A stretch of 60,894 nt of DNA from positions 1-60,894 of the forward strand of contig CAZNKU010000004.1 of assembly GCA_964573775.1 (NCBI GenBank), read 5' to 3'. Made by a program: the position numbers and the translations under genes. The notes under the pieces are model-generated. The model was not told the origin of the DNA. It saw nothing but the letters and a program-made list of their open reading frames with translations, and did no database searches. Below, piece by piece: positions 10,636 to 20,312 of the stretch. Numbering within the stretch: the stretch's first letter is position 1; each line of letters starts with the position of its first letter. This stretch comes from an uncultured Clostridiaceae bacterium. GTDB taxonomy: Bacteria; Bacillota; Clostridia; Monoglobales; Firm-18.

Positions 10636-11757
10636 TTGGTTAAAAAATCTGTTACATTATTAATTTTAATCTTATTACATATTGTTAACGTTTGTGCAAT
10701 ATCTGCACAAAATGCATTAGTGATGGATGCTGAAACAGGCAGAGTATTATTTGAACATAACGGACACATTAAAAAAGGTATTGCAAGCACAACAAAAATT
10801 ATGACCGCACTGGTTGTTCTGGAAAATTGCAATCTTAGCGACACAGTAACCGTATCATACAATGCCGCTGTAACAGCAGGTTCTTCCATGTACTTAAAAC
10901 CAAACGAGAAGATAAGCGTTGAAAATTTACTGTATGGTTTAATGTTGAATTCAGGAAATGATGCAGCAACAGCACTTGCCGAGCATACAAGCGGAAACAT
11001 TGAAAAATTTTCAGACCTTATGAATGCAAAAGCAAAAGAAATTGGAATGATGAATTCCTCCTTTGCTAATCCACACGGTTTAGATAATGAAAATCACTAC
11101 TCAACTGCATATGATATGGCACTGCTTACCAAATACGCAATGAAAAACGAAAAATTCAAAGCAATTGTTGCCACCAAACAAAAAATAACAGAAACCTCTG
11201 AGTCAGAAAAATACAGATATTTAACAAACCATAACAAACTTTTATCAAAATATCAATGGTGCAAAGGTGTAAAAACAGGCTTTACAAAAAAGAGTGGCCG
11301 TTGTTTAGTATCATATGCAGAAAGAGAAGGTGTAAAGTTAATTGCCATTACACTTAATGCACCCGATGATTGGAATGATCACATATATTTATACGAAGAA
11401 TATTTTAGTATGTATAAATCATATAACATCATTAACAGCAATGATTATATATGTTCTGTAAATATAGAAAATTCCGAAATTAACACACTGCAATTATATA
11501 ACTGTAAAGCAATAAACTTAACACTAAATGATGAAGAATACAAAAATCTACAAATTAAATACAACTATCCGAAAAGCATAAAAGCACCTGTTTACATAGA
11601 CCAGGTAATAGGAAATACTGAAATATTACTGAACGGCAAGGTTATTGCATCCTCTCCTATTATAAGCAAGTATGGTGTAGTTGAAAAAAAATCAAAAAGT
11701 TATATCAAAAGCTTAAAATTTCTCATCAAAAACCTTCTTATCTTTTTTAAATCATAA
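10636..11757 (+). CDS. D-alanyl-D-alanine carboxypeptidase (S11 penicillin-binding protein)
   Basis: ORF 373 aa (TTG start). Signal peptide, SxxK (ASTTK), SxN (NSGND) and KTG (VKTGFT) motifs. Confidence 0.88.
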   Translation: MVKKSVTLLILILLHIVNVCAISAQNALVMDAETGRVLFEHNGHIKKGIASTTKIMTALVVLENCNLSDTVTVSYNAAVTAGSSMYLKPNEKISVENLLYGLMLNSGNDAATALAEHTSGNIEKFSDLMNAKAKEIGMMNSSFANPHGLDNENHYSTAYDMALLTKYAMKNEKFKAIVATKQKITETSESEKYRYLTNHNKLLSKYQWCKGVKTGFTKKSGRCLVSYAEREGVKLIAITLNAPDDWNDHIYLYEEYFSMYKSYNIINSNDYICSVNIENSEINTLQLYNCKAINLTLNDEEYKNLQIKYNYPKSIKAPVYIDQVIGNTEILLNGKVIASSPIISKYGVVEKKSKSYIKSLKFLIKNLLIFFKS

Positions 11758-11783
11758 AACCACTCTGTGGTTTTATTTTTTTT
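11757..11783 (+). terminator. intrinsic terminator
   Basis: Stem AAACCAC / GTGGTTT followed by a T-run. Confidence 0.65.
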
Positions 11784-11845
11784 GATACATATAAATTATT
11801 CTTTTGTACAATAATAACCAAAATAAAACAAACGGAGGTAATTAC

Positions 11846-12844
11846 ATGAAAAAATTAGCAGCACTAAGTATTCTTACAATTTCTTTAATATTATCACTAT
11901 GCGGATGTAATGGAAATGTATCAGATAAACCCAAAATAGGTGTGTGTTTATATAAGTATGATGACACATACATTTCAACAGTACGTCAAGAACTTGAAAA
12001 ACTTGCTAAAGACAAGGCTGATTTGTACCTTAATGACGGAAAAGGTGACCAAGGTACACAAAATGATCAAATAGATTTGTTGATTCAAAAAGGTGTTGAT
12101 GTGCTTGTAGTTAATCTTGTAGATGTAGGTGCGGCACAAACAGTTATAAACAAGGCAAAAACAGCTGATATACCGATTATTTTTTTTAACAGAGAACCAG
12201 GTGCTGATATTTTAAATTCATACGATAAAGCAATTTTTATAGGTACAAACGCAAAAGAAGCCGGTATTATACAGGGTGAAATTGTTTCAAATACATGGAA
12301 CAGCGGTGATTACGACAAAAATAACGACGGCATATTACAGTATGTAATGTTAAAAGGTGAACCGGATAACCCTGAAGCTGTTGCAAGAACAGAATATTCG
12401 ATAAGTACAATAAAAGAAAAAGGCATAGATATTGAAGAATTGGGATTGCAGGTTTGTAATTGGGATACAGAACTTGCAAACAGTGCAATGTCAGGTTGGC
12501 TTACAAAATACGGTGATAAAATAGAATTTGTAATTTCAAATAACGACGCTATGGCACAGGGTGCCGTTTCCGCATTACAATCAGCCGGATACAACAAAGA
12601 TGATAAAAACAAATATATCCCCGTTATAGGTGTTGATGCAACAGATGCCGCAAAAGACCTTATTTCAAAAGGATATATGACTGCAACTGTTCTGCAAGAC
12701 GGAAAAGCCATGGCAGAAGCAATAAACAATATTGCAATTAACAGTTCAAAAGGTAATGAATTTTTATTGGATACAATTTATGAATTTGACGAATCGGGTA
12801 AATCTGTAAGGATTCCTTACAAATCATACGAAGGTGAAAAATAA
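11846..12844 (+). CDS. mglB: galactose/glucose ABC transporter substrate-binding lipoprotein
   Basis: ORF 11804..12844. GGAGG RBS then ATG at 11846 (MKKLAALSILTISLILSLCGCNG, lipobox). Periplasmic sugar-binding fold, followed by mglA and mglC. Confidence 0.85.
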   Translation: MKKLAALSILTISLILSLCGCNGNVSDKPKIGVCLYKYDDTYISTVRQELEKLAKDKADLYLNDGKGDQGTQNDQIDLLIQKGVDVLVVNLVDVGAAQTVINKAKTADIPIIFFNREPGADILNSYDKAIFIGTNAKEAGIIQGEIVSNTWNSGDYDKNNDGILQYVMLKGEPDNPEAVARTEYSISTIKEKGIDIEELGLQVCNWDTELANSAMSGWLTKYGDKIEFVISNNDAMAQGAVSALQSAGYNKDDKNKYIPVIGVDATDAAKDLISKGYMTATVLQDGKAMAEAINNIAINSSKGNEFLLDTIYEFDESGKSVRIPYKSYEGEK

Positions 12845-14332
12845 ATGCTTCTTACAATGGAAAATATCTGCAAGTGCTTTGGAAACACAGTAGCACTTGA
12901 CAAAGTTTCACTAAAGCTTGAGGAAGGTTCTATCCATGCGTTGATGGGTGAAAACGGTGCAGGTAAATCTACCCTTATGAAATGTCTTTTTGGTGTATAC
13001 CGTAAAGATAAGGGTATAATCAGGCTTAATGAACGGGAAATCAACTTTATTAATCCAAAGCAGGCACTTGAAAACGGTGTGGCAATGGTGCATCAGGAGC
13101 TTAATCAGGTGCTTGAACAAACTGTTTTGGAAAATATATGGTTAGGACGATACAAAAACAAATTTGGAATAATCAAAAAAAAAGAAATGTACGGTGAAAC
13201 ATTAAATATTTTCAAAAATTTAAATATAGATGTAGACCCGGATGTAAAAATAGGTACTCTTTCCGTATCCCAAAGACAAATGGTAGAAATTGCAAAAGCA
13301 GTATCATATCACGCAAAAGTTATTGTAATGGACGAGCCTACCTCCTCCCTTAACGAACGTGAAGTTGAACATTTATTTAAAATACTGAATATGTTAAAAG
13401 ACGCTGGTTGCGGCATTATATATATTTCTCATAAAATGTCTGAAATACTTGAAATTTCCGACACAGTAACAATTATGCGTGACGGTAAGTCAGTTTCATC
13501 TCACAAGGCCGAAGATCTTACAACAGACAAAATTATAAATCTTATGGTAGGCAGAGAATTAAACGAAAGGTTTCCACCAAAAGCCAATACACCATCCGAT
13601 ATAATTTTAGAGGTTAAAAACTTAAATACAAAATACAAACCTCGTCTTACAGATATAAATTTCAGTTTACGAAAAGGTGAAATTTTAGGTATTGCAGGCT
13701 TGGTAAGTTCAGGAAGAACGGAAATTTTGGAAGCTCTTTTCGGAATGAGAAAAATAGAAAGCGGTACAATTTCCGTTAACGGTACAGTGGTTGTAAACAA
13801 CAATCCGCTTCAGGCTAAAAAGAATGATTTTGCGCTACTTACGGAAGAACGCCGTGCTAACGGTATATTCCCATCTTTAAGCATTGAAGCAAATACTACA
13901 ATATCAAGTCTTAATGACTATAACAGAACCTTTTATATAGATAATTCTCTTATACGTCAGGTAACTAACGAAACAATACAAAAGTTAAAAATAAAGACAG
14001 CAGACAGCAAAGCAAAAATAAAAACCTTGTCAGGCGGTAATCAACAAAAAGTAATTTTAGGCAGATGGTTGCTCACAAGACCGGAAATACTGCTACTTGA
14101 TGAACCTACACGAGGCATAGATGTAGGAGCAAAATACGAAATATATCAGCTTATAAACGAGCTTGCCTCAAATGGCAAGGGAATAATTGTTGTATCATCG
14201 GAAATGGCTGAGCTTTTGGGTATATGTGACCGCATAATGGTAATGTCTAACTACAAGGTTGCTGGTATACTTGAAAACAATGAAAATACAGACCAGGAAA
14301 CAATAATGAAGCTTGCTTCAAAATTTATTTAA
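12845..14332 (+). CDS. mglA: sugar (galactose/methyl-galactoside) ABC transporter ATP-binding protein, tandem ABC domains
   Basis: ORF 495 aa. Walker A GENGAGKST, signatures LSVSQRQ and LSGGNQQK. Confidence 0.9.
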   Translation: MLLTMENICKCFGNTVALDKVSLKLEEGSIHALMGENGAGKSTLMKCLFGVYRKDKGIIRLNEREINFINPKQALENGVAMVHQELNQVLEQTVLENIWLGRYKNKFGIIKKKEMYGETLNIFKNLNIDVDPDVKIGTLSVSQRQMVEIAKAVSYHAKVIVMDEPTSSLNEREVEHLFKILNMLKDAGCGIIYISHKMSEILEISDTVTIMRDGKSVSSHKAEDLTTDKIINLMVGRELNERFPPKANTPSDIILEVKNLNTKYKPRLTDINFSLRKGEILGIAGLVSSGRTEILEALFGMRKIESGTISVNGTVVVNNNPLQAKKNDFALLTEERRANGIFPSLSIEANTTISSLNDYNRTFYIDNSLIRQVTNETIQKLKIKTADSKAKIKTLSGGNQQKVILGRWLLTRPEILLLDEPTRGIDVGAKYEIYQLINELASNGKGIIVVSSEMAELLGICDRIMVMSNYKVAGILENNENTDQETIMKLASKFI

Positions 14333-14346
14333 CATAGGTGAGATTA

Positions 14347-15360
14347 ATGAACAAAGAAAAAATAAATATAGGTGATTTTTTAATTAACTATTCACTTTAT
14401 ATAGTTCTTGGTGTAATGATTCTTGCAGTAATTATAACTGAACCAAGCTTTATATCTGCAAAAAATATTACAAACATTTTAAGTCAGGCATCGACACGAG
14501 GAATACTTGCGCTTGGTGTTGCAGGTTTAATTGTACTACAGGGTACAGACCTATCAGCCGGCAGAATATTAGGCCTTACAGCTATTGTATCTGCATCTCT
14601 TTTGCAATCTGTTACGTATACATCAAGAATGTATTCAGATTTGCCGCAACTACCTTTGATAGTACCTTTTTTGGTTGCAATAGCAATTGGCGGTATATTT
14701 GGTGCAATAAACGGATTTGGTGTTGCAAAGCTTAAACTCCATGCCTTTATTATATCTTTAGGTACACAGCTTATTGCATACGGTATTTCCTGCATATACA
14801 TTGACAGACCTCCGCTTGGTGCACAGCCTGTTGCAAATCTTGATGAACGTTACACAAACTTTGTAAACGGAAGTTTTAAAGTAGGTAGTTTTGAATTGCC
14901 GTATCTTATTTTATATCTCATTATAGTAGCAATAGTAATGTGGTTTATATGGAACAAAACCGTGCTTGGTAAAAATATGTTTGCAATAGGTGGTAATCCT
15001 GAAGCCGCCGCAGTATCGGGAGTAAACCTTTTTAAAAATATTATGATTATATTTATAATATCGGGTATATTATACGGTACTGCAGGTTTTTTGGAGGCGG
15101 GCAGAATAGGCTCTGCAACAAGTAATACCGGTATTAACTACGAGCTTGATGCAATATCCGCTTGTGTTGTAGGCGGTGTATCATTTTCGGGCGGTATCGG
15201 GACAATACCAGGCGTACTGATTGGTACGGTAATACTTCAGTTTATAAACTACGGTCTTAACTACGTGGGTATTAGCCCATACTTTCAATATATAATCAAG
15301 GGCTTGATAATAATTCTTGCCGTATCTATAGACGTAAGAAAATATTTAGATAAAAAATAA
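14347..15360 (+). CDS. mglC: sugar ABC transporter permease
   Basis: ORF 14338..15360 (GTG). The ATG at 14347 (MNKEK) is more likely. Polytopic BPD-type permease. Confidence 0.88.
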   Translation: MNKEKINIGDFLINYSLYIVLGVMILAVIITEPSFISAKNITNILSQASTRGILALGVAGLIVLQGTDLSAGRILGLTAIVSASLLQSVTYTSRMYSDLPQLPLIVPFLVAIAIGGIFGAINGFGVAKLKLHAFIISLGTQLIAYGISCIYIDRPPLGAQPVANLDERYTNFVNGSFKVGSFELPYLILYLIIVAIVMWFIWNKTVLGKNMFAIGGNPEAAAVSGVNLFKNIMIIFIISGILYGTAGFLEAGRIGSATSNTGINYELDAISACVVGGVSFSGGIGTIPGVLIGTVILQFINYGLNYVGISPYFQYIIKGLIIILAVSIDVRKYLDKK

Positions 15361-15381
15361 AAGGACTGTTTAACAGTCCTT
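15361..15381. terminator. bidirectional hairpin between convergent mglC and queH
   Basis: Stem AAGGACTG / CAGTCCTT with a 5-nt loop. Confidence 0.6.
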
Positions 15382-15398
15382 TTACTCTTTATTTAGGT

Positions 15399-16028
15399 TC
15401 AGTACAATATTTTTTCTTCCATTTTCTTATCATTATACATTTTAGAATAAATACAACCACAGTAGTCTTGTCTGTACAAATTGTACTGCTGGGAAAGTTC
15501 ACAAGAACGTTTATAGCCGTTTTTCTTTTTAAAATCCGAAAACATGTATTCTACGCCATATTTCTTTGCCAAATCTCCGCCTATTTCATTAAGCTTTGCC
15601 GCATTTTTGTGTGGGCTTATTGAAAGGGTGGTTGTAACAAAATCAAAGTCATTATCCTTTGCATATTTAACAGATTTTTCAAGTCTTAGTTTATAACAAT
15701 TTATACACCTTGTCAATCCTTCAGGCAAATCCCCATATTCCTTTGCAACAGCTTCAAAGCTATCGTTATCGTACTCTTCCACCACTATTTTTACATCAAG
15801 CTTCATTTCTGAAACAAGGCGTTTTAACTCATCTGCACGGAATTCAAATTCACTGTACGGATATATGTTTGGATTATAAAAATACAAAGTAATATTAAAA
15901 TAACTACTTAAATATTCCAGCACATAGCTTGAACAAGGTGCACAGCAGGCGTGCAAAAGTAAATTCGGCTTTATATCACCTATTTTACTGATTGTATCTT
16001 CCAATACTTTTTGATAATTAATGTTCAT
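15399..16028 (-). CDS. queH: epoxyqueuosine reductase QueH (DUF208)
   Basis: ORF 15399..16052. Likely start is ATG at 16026-16028 (MNINYQKVLED). Has LLHACCAPCSSYVLEYL and a CGC motif near the C-terminus. Confidence 0.85.
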   Translation of the reverse strand: MNINYQKVLEDTISKIGDIKPNLLLHACCAPCSSYVLEYLSSYFNITLYFYNPNIYPYSEFEFRADELKRLVSEMKLDVKIVVEEYDNDSFEAVAKEYGDLPEGLTRCINCYKLRLEKSVKYAKDNDFDFVTTTLSISPHKNAAKLNEIGGDLAKKYGVEYMFSDFKKKNGYKRSCELSQQYNLYRQDYCGCIYSKMYNDKKMEEKILY

Positions 16029-16088
16029 AAATATAGCTCCATAAAATAACATCTCTTATCATTCAATATTTGACAACTTTAGTTGTAA

Positions 16089-16508
16089 TCAGCCCAGGTT
16101 ATCTTTAATTTTTTGAATGATTTCGTCATATTCAGAATTAGAAAGAGTTACTCTCTGCGGGTTCATTGCAAACACTCCGCCCCATTCAAACTCATCCTCA
16201 TACTTGGGAACAAGATGAAAATGAAGGTGGCATCCGGTATCCCCATATGCACCATAATTAACCTTTTGTGGTGAAAATGCCTTATGAATGGCTTTTGCTA
16301 CCTTAGCAATATCTTCAATAAATCCTTCTCTTTCATCTTTGGTAAGGTCAACAATTTCGCTCACATGCTTTTTGTGAGCAACAATAACCCTCCCTTTATG
16401 GCTTTGTTCCTTAAACAAGTAAACTTTGCTTTGAGATAATTCACAGATTTTAATCCCAAATGCATCCAAAAGTTCGTTTTCCATACAATAAGCACAATTT
16501 TTATTCAT
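16089..16508 (-). CDS. HIT family hydrolase
   Basis: ORF 16089..16541. AAGGAG RBS then ATG at 16506-16508 (MNKNCAYC). Histidine triad HLHFHLVPK. Confidence 0.85.
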   Translation of the reverse strand: MNKNCAYCMENELLDAFGIKICELSQSKVYLFKEQSHKGRVIVAHKKHVSEIVDLTKDEREGFIEDIAKVAKAIHKAFSPQKVNYGAYGDTGCHLHFHLVPKYEDEFEWGGVFAMNPQRVTLSNSEYDEIIQKIKDNLG

Positions 16509-16569
16509 ATCAATTCTCCTTATCCTTTTATTTTTGTACAACTACCGATATCTTGCATAATTATAGGCA

Positions 16570-17112
16570 CTACCTCTCTAAGTGAATATTTATTAATTTA
16601 ATTATAACAGGAATAAGAATAAACTGCAATATAATTCCCGGAAGTGAATCCAATATCCCACCTGCTATAAACGCCTGAACTGTAAATGCTTTACCATCTA
16701 TTCCAAGCAGAACCGCTTTTGCAACTCCCCATACCATGCGTCCGCTAATCATAGATATGAATAGACAACAATATAACCACCACATCTGTTTTTTATAAAA
16801 ACAAAAATATAAGAATCCAATCGTAAAGCCATATGTAGCAAGCTCCGCCGACATCCATACAGCATTAGGATAAATCGGAGGCATTCCTACTGCCACTGAT
16901 CTTAAAAAAGGAAGAATAAGTCCAACGGAAAAACCATATTTACAACCGCATATAATCCCACAAAGCATAACAGGAAGGTGCATTGGAAGTAATGTATCTC
17001 CTATTTCTTTAATTTGCCCTGTCAAAAATGGTAATACCATACCAAGTGATAAAAACACCGCAGAATACACGATTTTTTGAATATTCTTTTTACATAATGA
17101 ACTTTTCTTCAT
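16570..17112 (-). CDS. ECF transporter S component (substrate unknown)
   Basis: ORF 180 aa with about 6 TM helices. LPMHLPVMLCG...GMPPIYP pattern resembles PF12822-type S components as I recall them. No riboswitch seen in the 100-nt upstream region. Confidence 0.6.
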   Translation of the reverse strand: MKKSSLCKKNIQKIVYSAVFLSLGMVLPFLTGQIKEIGDTLLPMHLPVMLCGIICGCKYGFSVGLILPFLRSVAVGMPPIYPNAVWMSAELATYGFTIGFLYFCFYKKQMWWLYCCLFISMISGRMVWGVAKAVLLGIDGKAFTVQAFIAGGILDSLPGIILQFILIPVIIKLINIHLER

Positions 17113-17212
17113 TGTATCACCGCCAATCAGTTATTTCTACAAATTCAAACATTCTTTATATGGTTCATATCAAGTTAGTAACAAAAAAATAATATAGTAC
17201 ACAACATATTGC

Positions 17213-18130
17213 TCAGAACTTCTTTTTCTGATAGTTTATTGTAATGATACCAATACATATAAGCACAAGGGCAACTAAAACATTTAAAAATGGAACTGCG
17301 CTTGCTTCTGTCAGTAAAAATTTGGATAGTATAACACCAAATACCGGAGTCATAAAACTATATATCGAAACTTTTGATACCTGATTATTCTTAAGAAGCA
17401 TTCCCCACAAAGCATACGCAACAGCAGAAAGAAATGCAAGATATATTAATATGATTATGCCTTTTAGACTTTCAAAACTAATTGTTCCACCAAAGCTAAG
17501 CCCTATAGTAACCATAACAAGTCCACCAACAAAAAACTGATAACCGCTTAGAACCACCGGACTTTCGTACTTAGAATAAATTTTCATAAACACCGAAGAA
17601 AATGCAAGACATATCGCCGAAAATATGACGAAAGCATCTCCAAAGAAGTTGAAATTGAGTTTTAGTCCGTTTAAATTCACCAGAACAACTCCTGCAAAGC
17701 CTATAATACAAGCAAAAATCTTTTTAAGATTAATTTTTTCCTGTTTGAATATGAGGCTTGCAATAAGAATAGAAAAGAAAGCACTTGAACCACTAAGGAT
17801 TGTCCCCTTGACACCGCTGGTATTGGCAAGACCGACATAGAAAAATATATACTGGAGAATAGTCTGGAATATGCTAATAATCCCAACATATTTCATGCTT
17901 TCTTTTTTTGGGTAAAGAAATTTTCTTTCAATAATACTATAAATCAAAACAGTTAAAATTCCAGCAATAGTAAACCTTATTCCCGCAAAAAGTATAATAG
18001 ACGGTGTTCCCTCAACCTTGAGGCACAAATATCCGTTTTTTATAAATGGTGTGGCACTTCCCCACAAGGCTGTGCATATAAGAGCAAATATCATCACAGA
18101 TAACGTATTTGTAAAAAAAGTTTTTTTCAT
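17213..18130 (-). CDS. EamA/DMT family transporter
   Basis: ORF 305 aa, 10 predicted TM helices arranged as two EamA-like repeats. Confidence 0.8.
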   Translation of the reverse strand: MKKTFFTNTLSVMIFALICTALWGSATPFIKNGYLCLKVEGTPSIILFAGIRFTIAGILTVLIYSIIERKFLYPKKESMKYVGIISIFQTILQYIFFYVGLANTSGVKGTILSGSSAFFSILIASLIFKQEKINLKKIFACIIGFAGVVLVNLNGLKLNFNFFGDAFVIFSAICLAFSSVFMKIYSKYESPVVLSGYQFFVGGLVMVTIGLSFGGTISFESLKGIIILIYLAFLSAVAYALWGMLLKNNQVSKVSIYSFMTPVFGVILSKFLLTEASAVPFLNVLVALVLICIGIITINYQKKKF

Positions 18131-18250
18131 TATAGACTCCTTTTCAATATAAATTACTTTTACACTATAAAAAAGATGTACAATTAACCCCGTCTTTTTG
18201 GATATGAGGTGGTAAAGACGGTTTAAAAGCTAAACTTTTTTACATCCCGT

Positions 18251-19093
18251 TTATATGCTTCTGAAACCTCGTCCTATTATTTCACTGCTTGTAGTAATAA
18301 TTGTAAAAGCATGTGGGTCAATATCACGTATTTTACGCTGAAGTGTTATTGCTTCGATTCGCTTACAAACTGTATGCAACATAAATCTTTCTTCCCCTGT
18401 AAATTCTCCTGTAGCAACATTGACGGTTACACCGTGATGAAGTGTTTGAATAATAAACTTTGATATTTCATCACGTTTTGATGTAATAACTATAAAGTAT
18501 TTACAGCTGTTAAGGTTGTCAATTACGCCATCAACAATAAAGGCTTTTGCAAACAAACCAAGTAATGAGAACAATCCTGTTTTGATATCAAATACAAAAA
18601 ATGCACTTGTTGCAATTATAAAGTCTGTACAAAGTAAAGCCTTACCAACATCAAGACTTGAATATTTTTTAAGAATAAGCGCAACAATGTCCGTCCCCCC
18701 CGATGATGCCTGACAATAAAAGATAATAGCAGAACCTATTGCAGTCAGCATCATTGCATATACAAGTTCCAAAAACGGTTGGTCCGAAAGTGGTGAATCT
18801 AGCGGAATAAAAACTTCAAACAAATATGTAAGTGCAGAATACATCATACTGCAATACACTGTTTTTATACCAGTATCCTTTCCAAGAATAATAAATCCTA
18901 AAACAAGTAATGCGATATTCAAAATCCATATCCATGCACCCGGACTTATAGGTGTAAACTGTGCAAGAATTGTACCTATGCCTGTAACACCACCCGTCGA
19001 AAAACCATTAGGTATTTTAAAGAAATATATACCCAATGCCATAAGAACAATACCTATATTCATTAATAAAAAACTTTTTATTTTTTTACTCAT
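18251..19093 (-). CDS. YitT family membrane protein (DUF2179 C-terminal domain)
   Basis: ORF 18251..19117. Likely start is ATG at 19091-19093 (MSKKIKSFLLMNIGIVLMALGIYFFKIPNGFSTGGVTGI). Confidence 0.8.
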   Translation of the reverse strand: MSKKIKSFLLMNIGIVLMALGIYFFKIPNGFSTGGVTGIGTILAQFTPISPGAWIWILNIALLVLGFIILGKDTGIKTVYCSMMYSALTYLFEVFIPLDSPLSDQPFLELVYAMMLTAIGSAIIFYCQASSGGTDIVALILKKYSSLDVGKALLCTDFIIATSAFFVFDIKTGLFSLLGLFAKAFIVDGVIDNLNSCKYFIVITSKRDEISKFIIQTLHHGVTVNVATGEFTGEERFMLHTVCKRIEAITLQRKIRDIDPHAFTIITTSSEIIGRGFRSI

Positions 19094-19154
19094 AAAAACA
19101 CCCCTAATATTCAACAACAGTTTGAATTATAGCACAAAGATTTTACTTTGTAAA

Positions 19155-19187
19155 TATAAAAAAACAAGATTCTTTTAAATCTTGTTT
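19155..19187 (-). terminator. intrinsic terminator ending the Zn-ribbon/vWA/PP2C/kinase operon
   Basis: Stem AAACAAGATT / AATCTTGTTT (19162-19171 / 19178-19187). A T7 run follows on the minus strand. Confidence 0.8.
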
Positions 19188-19194
19188 TTAATAA

Positions 19195-20265
19195 TTATAA
19201 GTCACCGCCTGAAGCAAACCAATCATTATTGGCTACAACACCAGGTGTCGGAGCAACATTTGCAGGACTGGACACAGGTGCAGAAATTTCAGCACCAGCT
19301 ACTGACTTTTCATTCTGTTTCATATTAATTATAAGTCGTAAACCACCGGCTGCCACAGGAACATGATCAGGATTATTGACAGGAGGCACAGTAATTTCTG
19401 TATCACCTGAGAGCTTCTTTATTTCCTTTAAAACTTCGTCTGCAGACGGTCTTTTGTCAGGATCTGCATTTATCATTTTTAAAATCATTTCGCTTATTTC
19501 TGTTGGCATCGATGCTGAATCAATGGAAATTCCACCACCATCTAAAACTGCCTCAAAAGGATATTCATATTCATTTCTATCAAAATTCGGCAAATGTCCT
19601 GAAAAATATTCATGCAAAACAAGCCCGAGTGAATATATATCTGCCTTTTCACCAATTTTAACATCATCACCTCTGATGGCAAGAAAGGTTTCCGGAGCAA
19701 GATATGTAAGGTCACCACCAAGTTCTACATCATCACGGATTTCATTTTGTGAAAATCCTGCATCAAAGTCTATTATCTTACCAACATATCTTCCTGACAT
19801 TGTCTTTTTAACAAGAATGTTGGAAGGCTTCACATCAAAATGAACTATACCCCATCTGTGAAGGCAACAAAAAGCATACACAATAGATTTTGCCAACAAA
19901 AGCTTATCTTCTTCCGATAAAGAAGCAATCTGTTCCATAGTTACTGATTCACCTGCTACCTTTTCGTTTATAAGATAATATTTGCTTCCACATCTGAAGA
20001 ATTCTTCTATGCGAACAAGATTACCGCAACTTGCATTGTTAATTGCCGAATAAAGGTTTATGTATCTGTTCTCAAAATTTTTACAAAAATTACGTTTACT
20101 GGCAAAAAGTTCATCAGACATTACACCTTTATCAACAGGATATACAGGAGTAATCAATTCCTTTATGAAATATTCCTTTCCACCCTTAACGGCAAATCCC
20201 CATTTTGAAAAACCGCTGTTTTCGTTATTAAGTTCACCTTTTAAAGTATAACCGTTAATATTCAT
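19195..20265 (-). CDS. Ser/Thr protein kinase (Hanks-type, divergent motifs) with a Pro/Ala/Val-rich C-terminal tail
   Basis: ORF 356 aa. Beta3 lysine in KEYFIKEL, catalytic loop HFDVKPSNILV, DFD in place of DFG, and LAPE. GGTGA RBS 7 nt upstream. Confidence 0.9.
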   Translation of the reverse strand: MNINGYTLKGELNNENSGFSKWGFAVKGGKEYFIKELITPVYPVDKGVMSDELFASKRNFCKNFENRYINLYSAINNASCGNLVRIEEFFRCGSKYYLINEKVAGESVTMEQIASLSEEDKLLLAKSIVYAFCCLHRWGIVHFDVKPSNILVKKTMSGRYVGKIIDFDAGFSQNEIRDDVELGGDLTYLAPETFLAIRGDDVKIGEKADIYSLGLVLHEYFSGHLPNFDRNEYEYPFEAVLDGGGISIDSASMPTEISEMILKMINADPDKRPSADEVLKEIKKLSGDTEITVPPVNNPDHVPVAAGGLRLIINMKQNEKSVAGAEISAPVSSPANVAPTPGVVANNDWFASGGDL

Positions 20266-20312
20266 TTATTTATCACCATTTAATATTATTTATGTCAATT
20301 AAAAAGATATAT

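Noticed and set aside
17113-17212. preQ1 or other riboswitch upstream of the orphan ECF S-component
   Set aside because: Only about 100 nt are available. I found no conserved aptamer core or convincing structure, so the region looks like a plain promoter and RBS.
18190-18235. Hairpin CCGTCTTT...AAAGACGG upstream of the EamA transporter as a riboswitch or attenuator
   Set aside because: It is an 8-bp stem with a 16-nt loop and no adjoining conserved elements. It is more simply the weak terminator of the upstream yitT-like gene.
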